DNA from: Polyangiales bacterium
Lineage (GTDB): Bacteria > Myxococcota_A > Polyangia > Polyangiales > Houyiibacteriaceae
NCBI GenBank assembly: GCA_045106895.1
Contig: JBGCFM010000120.1
Location: forward strand, 1-11,063
DNA length: 11,063 bases
Reading direction: 5' to 3'
How positions within the stretch are numbered: the first letter of the stretch is position 1; every line of letters begins with the position of its first letter. The notes beneath the pieces were generated by a model. That model saw only the letters and a list, made by a program, of their open reading frames with translations. It was not told the DNA's origin and searched no databases. Below, one piece after another: positions 5,898 through 11,063 of the stretch. The position numbers and the translations under genes are program-made.

Positions 5898-7766
5898 TCA
5901 GTCTCCGACCCAGGCGTTTCTCTCGCTGCGAGAACCGGGCGATGCCTCGGGGTCCGCGCTGACTTCAAAGGTGGCCTGGGGCGCCTCGCGGAGGGTCACA
6001 TCGATGCGCCGAAGGCGGCCACGACGCGAGACCAACACGGCGAGCGCGTCTCCTGGAGAATAGCGTTCAAGTCGCGCGGCCCACTCGACGGGAACACGCT
6101 CGTCCCCGAAGGCCAGTAGCTCGTCGTCAACGTTGATGCCCGCAGCATGGGCGGGGCTCCCGCTGACGACCTGGCTGACGACCAACCTTCCGTGGCTCTC
6201 CGACGTGGACACACCGAACCAAGCGCTCGCTTCGCCCTCCGCGTCGTTCATGCGAAGGCCAAACTCACGGAGCGCACTGGCGTAGTCCAGCTCTTCGGTG
6301 CCGTCCACGTAGTCCGCAAAGAACTCATCGAGGGACTCCCCGGCGACCTCGGCGAAGGTCTCTCGGATGGCGGCGGTCGAGTAGCCTTCATCACCGGAGA
6401 AACGGGAATAGGCCAGTCGCATCGCGTCATCGAGGCTCTTTGATCCCCCCGTCGCGCGGCGAATGCGAGCATCCAAAAGCCATGCGACGAGTGAGCCCTT
6501 CGTGTAGTAGCTGACACCACTGTTTCGCGAGTTCTCGTCGGGGCGATAGAAGTGAATCCATGAATCGAAGGATGACGCCGCAAGGGACTGCGTGTGCCTT
6601 CCAGGCGTGGCCTGAAGACGCGTGATGCCCTTGCCGATTCGGGCGAAGTACTCCTCGTTCGTCAGCAGACCCGCGCGACGCTGAAGAAGGTCGTCGTAGT
6701 AGGACGTGATCCCCTCCACAATCCAAAGGTCATGGGTGTAGTTTTCCGACTCGAAGTCGAAGGGTCCGAGAGCCGCCGGCCGGAGCCGCTTGATGTTCCA
6801 GGTGTGGAAGAACTCGTGGCTCACGAGGCCGAGCCAGCGTCGATAGGAGTCGTCGTCTCGGGCGTCCCAGCGGCTCGCGAGCATGACCGTGGAGGCGCGG
6901 TGCTCAAGCCCGCCGCCGCTCTCCAGGAGTAGGTTGATGAATACGTAGCGCCGGTAGGGCACCACGCCCCAGAACTCCGCTTGGGTCTCGACGAGGGCCT
7001 GAACGTCGCGGCCGGCGCGTTCGTCGTCCCAGATGTCTTCGCCGCCAAACGTCGCCAGCACGTGCTCGGCGCCGCCCACCTCAAAGGTGTGGAGGCTGGG
7101 GTTTCCAAGAGCGATGGGCGAATCGACGAGCTCCTCGTAGTCACGCGCCAGGTACCTGTGTGGCTCTTCGGGGTAGGCCTCCAACGAAGTCACGCTCGTA
7201 GCCCAACCATCGGGCATTTCGAAACGCACATCCTGTTGTGCATCGAGCTGTTCCGCGGGAACCAAGAACGCGGAAGCGCCGTTCAGGAGCGCAAGGTCCG
7301 CGTCGACGAAGTTTGTCCGCACGCTCGCTTCACGTGCGTAGATGCTGTAGCGCACGACCACCCGGGATGGCAGCCCGTCCGGCGCGCTCACGGTCCATCG
7401 GTTCTTCGACGTCTTGTCGATGGTCAGCTCAGTCCCTTCAACATCCGTCGCGCTTACGTTGTGCACGTGGCGTGCGAACTCGCGGACGAGGTAGCTACCA
7501 GGCGTCCAGACCGCCATCATCACGTCAGCGCTGTCCCCTTCGGCGGAGAACACGGTCTCGACTTCGATGGTGTGCTGCGCCGGACTCGGGAAACGAACGG
7601 TGTGCTCCACGGCGCTGCCGTCGCCCCGAGGTTCGATGGGAGGAAGCGCTTCGGCACCAGCGTTGTCGGGCACGCCACCGGCGCCCTCTTCCGTTCGCGC
7701 TTCACATCCCGCCTGCTCAGGCGAGCAAGCAAGGAGAAGCATTACCAAGGTCGTTCCAAGTTTCAC
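5898..7766 (-). CDS. M61-family (glycyl aminopeptidase) zinc metallopeptidase with C-terminal PDZ domain; predicted lipoprotein (622 aa)
   Basis: Lipobox in MKLGTTLVMLLLA-C. M61 motifs: WTPGSYLVREFARHV, LVDSP, GGGLEH, HEFFHTWN (HEFFH at 6818-6804), WIVEGITSYY, SYYTKG. PDZ signature: FGV...VVSQVVSGSPAHAAGINVDDELLA. Confidence 0.95.
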   Translation of the reverse strand: MKLGTTLVMLLLACSPEQAGCEARTEEGAGGVPDNAGAEALPPIEPRGDGSAVEHTVRFPSPAQHTIEVETVFSAEGDSADVMMAVWTPGSYLVREFARHVHNVSATDVEGTELTIDKTSKNRWTVSAPDGLPSRVVVRYSIYAREASVRTNFVDADLALLNGASAFLVPAEQLDAQQDVRFEMPDGWATSVTSLEAYPEEPHRYLARDYEELVDSPIALGNPSLHTFEVGGAEHVLATFGGEDIWDDERAGRDVQALVETQAEFWGVVPYRRYVFINLLLESGGGLEHRASTVMLASRWDARDDDSYRRWLGLVSHEFFHTWNIKRLRPAALGPFDFESENYTHDLWIVEGITSYYDDLLQRRAGLLTNEEYFARIGKGITRLQATPGRHTQSLAASSFDSWIHFYRPDENSRNSGVSYYTKGSLVAWLLDARIRRATGGSKSLDDAMRLAYSRFSGDEGYSTAAIRETFAEVAGESLDEFFADYVDGTEELDYASALREFGLRMNDAEGEASAWFGVSTSESHGRLVVSQVVSGSPAHAAGINVDDELLAFGDERVPVEWAARLERYSPGDALAVLVSRRGRLRRIDVTLREAPQATFEVSADPEASPGSRSERNAWVGD

Positions 7767-7772
7767 GCGCGG

Positions 7773-7781
7773 ACCCTACCA
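7773..7781 (-). promoter_or_regulatory. Extended -10 element (TG-G-TAGGGT) 6 nt upstream of the peptidase GTG; candidate leaderless promoter
   Basis: The minus strand reads TGGTAGGGT-CCGCGC-GTG, matching TGn-TAnnnT. There is no room for a Shine-Dalgarno between the element and the start codon. Confidence 0.45.
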
Positions 7782-7935
7782 CGGGCGGCGGGCATGGAAG
7801 CCGGTGGGCCTTCGCCGTCAAACTTTGGCAAAAACACGGCATTTTGTCCTACTTCCACGAAGGGAGCGCCCTTCCGTGGCACTTGCGGACAGAGCCTGCG
7901 CGCCGCGTCCCGGCTCGCCCACCTGGACGTCAGGC

Positions 7936-7944
7936 TGATAGCCT
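7936..7944 (+). promoter_or_regulatory. Extended -10 element (TG-A-TAGCCT) 8 nt upstream of ATG 7953; candidate leaderless promoter
   Basis: TGATAGCCT-GAGCGGCG-ATG matches TGn-TAnnnT, with no clear GGAG/AGGAG before the ATG. Confidence 0.45.
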
Positions 7945-7952
7945 GAGCGGCG

Positions 7953-9797
7953 ATGCTCCGACTCCTCATATTCGGGACCAGCGCTCTCCTCGGCGCGTGT
8001 GTCCTCCCTGGATGCGTCACCCCCTCGCAGGTCATCGTGCATGTCACCGCCGATGACGTGGCGGCGGAGCGCGCCGAGTTTCTACGCTTCGAGGTCTTCG
8101 CGTCCGACGGGAGCACCACTCCTTCGTACATTCAGAGCGCAGAATTCGGCGAGGGCCTCCCTCGGCTCAATACCGAGCCCGCCCAGCTGACCGTCGTCCC
8201 ACGGAGCTCCGACGCCTCACGTGTGTTCCGCGTCACGGCAACGCTCAGCGATGGTTCCCGCCGCGAGTTCGCCGAGCGCTCTGCCATCTCCACCTTCGTG
8301 CCCGGTGAGATCATGGAGATCTGGCTTCACATCGATGACGCGTGCGCCGAGGTTTCCTGCACCGGGCGGCAAACCTGCGAGGTAGACGATGATGGAGCGC
8401 CCGCCTGCGTAGATGCTTGTGTCGCGCCCAGCTCCCCGGGCAGCGTGGTGCGCAGCGAACTTCAAGCTTGCGGAGAGTCGTGCGCCTTCGTCGAAGAAGG
8501 GGGGCTCTGCGACGGTGGAAGCGGGCGCTGCTGGCGAGACGAGTGCTGCCACACCTGTTTCGATGGCGAACGCTGCCTGGACGAAGAAGAGGCCACCACC
8601 AACCTCAGAGCGACCGGTGTGGGTGGCGCGCAGTGTGTCTCGTGCGCGTGCGATGGGGACTCCATCAACCCGGCGGGCGGATGTGGTGGCGCGCAAACCG
8701 CGGGACTACAACTCGGCGCAGAGCACGCGTGCATCAACTTCGACGGACGGCTCTTCTGCTGGGGCAACAACGACGCGGGTCAGATCGGCAACGGAGAGGT
8801 CGGAGGATTTGTGGCAGAGCCTGAGCTCATCGCCACAGGCCTGAGTGCAGCGGCGCTCGGCCGGGACCACTCATGCGCGCATGACTCGACGAACAACCCG
8901 ACGTGCTGGGGAGAAGGAACACGGTTTCAGCTCGGCCAAGGCTCCGGTGAAAACGTGCTCATGCCCCGGGCGGCCACCGTCACAGAAGGCCCGTTTCGCA
9001 TCATGAGCGCCGGCCAACGCCATACCTGCGGCGCGACGCCGGATGGTGTCTACTGTTGGGGTGCGGCGTCGGACGGTCAGACCGGAGTCCCCGGACTCAA
9101 CGAGGACAGTGGGTCCATTCGCATGCCCACGCTCGTTCTGAACGGCGAAGCGACGAGTCTTGAGACCACGCTGCGCACAACCTGCGCCATCGTCGCAGGG
9201 CGCCTCTTCTGCTGGGGCTACAACGACTCCGGCGGCGTCGGCGTCTCGTCCGAAATGCGGCGCATCTACGAGCCCGTGGAGACCGGTGTCGACAAGGCCG
9301 GCGAGTGGGTCTCTGTCACCGTGAGCGGTTTCGGCGTGTGTGCCCTCGACGCCGAACACCACCTCTTCTGTCGTGGCCAGGTTCGCACGGACGTGACCCT
9401 GGACTTCGGTGGGGAGCTCCCGAGCGAAGAGCACCTCATCTTTCAGATCGGCGAGCAACGCTGGCGAACCATCGCTCTCGGGGAGCACTTCTTGTGCGGT
9501 ATCCTTGAAGACGACGACTCCCTCGTATGCCTAGGCCAAAACGACCAGGGGCAGCTCGGCGGCGAAGGCAGCGCACGCGTTGAGCATGGCCCCGTGGGGG
9601 TACGCTGGCAGCGCATCGAGACCGGCGACGACTTTGCCTGCGCCGTTCGCCAAGACGACACGCTCTGGTGTTGGGGCAACAACGCTTTCGCTCAGCTCGG
9701 AACTCAAGACGTCAGCGACATGCGCTCTTCGGAGCCTGACCCCCCGCGGACGAGCATCTATTCCCTAGAGCCCCGCCGCGTGTGTCCACCCGAATGA
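7953..9797 (+). CDS. Lipoprotein with an N-terminal beta-rich domain, a Cys-rich region and a 7-repeat RCC1/BLIP-II beta-propeller (614 aa)
   Basis: Signal/lipobox MLRLLIFGTSALLGA-C (alternative LPG-C five residues later). There are 17 Cys in 8343-8684. RCC1 repeats: CWGNNDAGQIG, CWGEGTRFQLG, CWGAASDGQTG, CWGYNDSGGVG, CRGQ (degenerate), CLGQNDQGQLG, CWGNNAFAQLG, each preceded by a GxxHxC-like strand (GAEHAC, GRDHSC, GQRHTC, TLRTTC, SGFGVC, GEHFLC, GDDFAC). Confidence 0.92.
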   Translation: MLRLLIFGTSALLGACVLPGCVTPSQVIVHVTADDVAAERAEFLRFEVFASDGSTTPSYIQSAEFGEGLPRLNTEPAQLTVVPRSSDASRVFRVTATLSDGSRREFAERSAISTFVPGEIMEIWLHIDDACAEVSCTGRQTCEVDDDGAPACVDACVAPSSPGSVVRSELQACGESCAFVEEGGLCDGGSGRCWRDECCHTCFDGERCLDEEEATTNLRATGVGGAQCVSCACDGDSINPAGGCGGAQTAGLQLGAEHACINFDGRLFCWGNNDAGQIGNGEVGGFVAEPELIATGLSAAALGRDHSCAHDSTNNPTCWGEGTRFQLGQGSGENVLMPRAATVTEGPFRIMSAGQRHTCGATPDGVYCWGAASDGQTGVPGLNEDSGSIRMPTLVLNGEATSLETTLRTTCAIVAGRLFCWGYNDSGGVGVSSEMRRIYEPVETGVDKAGEWVSVTVSGFGVCALDAEHHLFCRGQVRTDVTLDFGGELPSEEHLIFQIGEQRWRTIALGEHFLCGILEDDDSLVCLGQNDQGQLGGEGSARVEHGPVGVRWQRIETGDDFACAVRQDDTLWCWGNNAFAQLGTQDVSDMRSSEPDPPRTSIYSLEPRRVCPPE

Positions 9798-11063
9798 CGA
9801 CGAGCCACTACTATTGGATTCGTGAGATCGCCCGCGGCGGCATGGGGCGCGTGGACCTGATCATCCGGTCAGAGGGCGCATTCCGACGTCTCGCGGCGGT
9901 CAAACGACTGCACGCAAAGCTGCGCGACGACGTCGAGTGCCGCGCGATGTTTCTGGACGAAGCGCGCATCGCGGGAATGCTCAAGCATCCGAACATCGTC
10001 ACGGTCTTCGATGTGGGAGAGGACGATGAAGGCCCCTACCTCATCATGGACTACATCGATGGGCTATCAGTGCAGGCGATCACTCGCCGCTCCGCCCAAG
10101 ACTACACCCCCCTCCCCTTGGCGGTGGTCGTGCAGATTATCGTCCAGGCCGCCGACGGACTTCACGCCGCCCACGAACTGACGGCCCCCGACGGGAGCGT
10201 TCTCAACCTCGTTCACCGAGATGTATCACCGCACAATATGATCGTTGGTTACGACGGCATCGTACGCGTCATGGATTTCGGCATCGCACGCGCGCTTGGA
10301 CGCACGACGCAGACGTCGACGGGGGTGCTCAAAGGAAAACTCGCCTATATGTCGCCGGAGCAACTCCGCTTCCGGCCCGCCGACCGCCGCTCCGACATCT
10401 TCGCCCTCGGCGTCGTGCTCTACGAGATGCTGACCTTGAAGCGTCTTTACTCGAACCGTGACGGCGATGGCCCTCAACGGATTCTGGAAGAGCCGCCACC
10501 GGACGTGGGCCTTGAACGCGATGACCTTCCCCCGGCCTTGGTGGAGCTTGTATTTCGAATGCTGGCGAAAGAGCCCACCAAGCGTCCCGCGACAGCGGCG
10601 GAGGTGGCGAACTGCCTGCGCGAGATTCTCAACGACCTGATGATCGTGGATGACGAGGCCATCGAGCTGCAGGAGTACTTTCGGCATCGGTTCGAGCCCG
10701 AAACCACGGGCCATCGCCAGGAGATTCAGAGCGCCCTAAAGCGACTGGACGAAGGAACGCTCCCGGCGTGGCCGCTCACGGACCCGGCGCTCGTCTTGGC
10801 GCCGGCGGTCATGAACGCACCGAAGCGCTGGCTTCTCGCCCTCGGCGCAGGCCTCTTGGTGACCCTCGCTGTCGGCGCCGGCGTCATTATTGGCCGCTCG
10901 CCGGAATTGGAACCGGAACGCCAAGTGGAATCTCCGTCAACAGTCGCGTCGCCCGCGCCTCCGGCGGCGCAGACGCCGCTCGCTCCCGCGGCGGTGCATG
11001 TCGAAACGCACGCAGCGGAGCCGGAGCCCGCGACGCCTTCGGACATCGGCGAGTCCGGGGAGA
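9794..11063 (+). CDS. Transmembrane Pkn2-type Ser/Thr protein kinase (>=423 aa, 3' end outside the window)
   Basis: Hand translation from ATG 9794, which overlaps the upstream TGA as ATGA: MTTSHYYWIREIARGGMGRVDL, AAVKRLH, MFLDEARIAGMLKHPNIV, HRDVSPHN (10214-10237), DFGIARA, KGKLAYMSPEQ, DRRSDIFALGVVLYEML, LAKEPTKRP. A TM helix WLLALGAGLLVTLAVGAGVIIG (10829-10894) is followed by a Pro/Ala/Glu-rich linker that is open to the window end. Confidence 0.95.
   Translation, partial: MTTSHYYWIREIARGGMGRVDLIIRSEGAFRRLAAVKRLHAKLRDDVECRAMFLDEARIAGMLKHPNIVTVFDVGEDDEGPYLIMDYIDGLSVQAITRRSAQDYTPLPLAVVVQIIVQAADGLHAAHELTAPDGSVLNLVHRDVSPHNMIVGYDGIVRVMDFGIARALGRTTQTSTGVLKGKLAYMSPEQLRFRPADRRSDIFALGVVLYEMLTLKRLYSNRDGDGPQRILEEPPPDVGLERDDLPPALVELVFRMLAKEPTKRPATAAEVANCLREILNDLMIVDDEAIELQEYFRHRFEPETTGHRQEIQSALKRLDEGTLPAWPLTDPALVLAPAVMNAPKRWLLALGAGLLVTLAVGAGVIIGRSPELEPERQVESPSTVASPAPPAAQTPLAPAAVHVETHAAEPEPATPSDIGESGE

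Noticed and set aside
8529..8560. CWRDECCHTC as a c-type heme-binding motif
   Set aside because: It does not fit CxxCH (the residue three before the Cys-His is Asp). It is better explained as part of a disulfide-rich repeat.

Overview
GC-rich bacterial DNA, most likely from a myxobacterium (inference from the Pkn-type kinases, long TPR array and Cys-rich RCC1 lipoprotein; these resemble Polyangiales/Sandaracinaceae). I support seven protein-coding genes. The two at the edges are absent from the ORF track because they run off the window, and I translated them by hand. In order: (1) minus strand 2776 to <1, a >=925-aa protein with a small helical N-terminal domain, a divergent Ser/Thr kinase domain and a long TPR array; (2) minus strand, a REC-REC*-REC*-GGDEF* regulator whose GGDEF site is lost but whose RxxD I-site is intact; (3) a [2Fe-2S] ferredoxin; (4) a secreted probable outer-membrane beta-barrel behind a sigma54-type promoter with candidate upstream activator repeats; (5) an M61 glycyl-aminopeptidase/PDZ lipoprotein; (6) a Cys-rich, 7-repeat RCC1/BLIP-II lipoprotein that overlaps (ATGA) with (7) a transmembrane Ser/Thr kinase of the HRDVSPHN type. 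I see no RNA genes, mobile elements or CRISPR arrays. The region reads as a signalling-rich chromosomal stretch rather than an obvious new defence or biosynthetic system. The best leads are the helical-domain/pseudokinase/TPR protein, the candidate c-di-GMP receptor, the lipoprotein-kinase pair, and apparently leaderless promoters on several genes.
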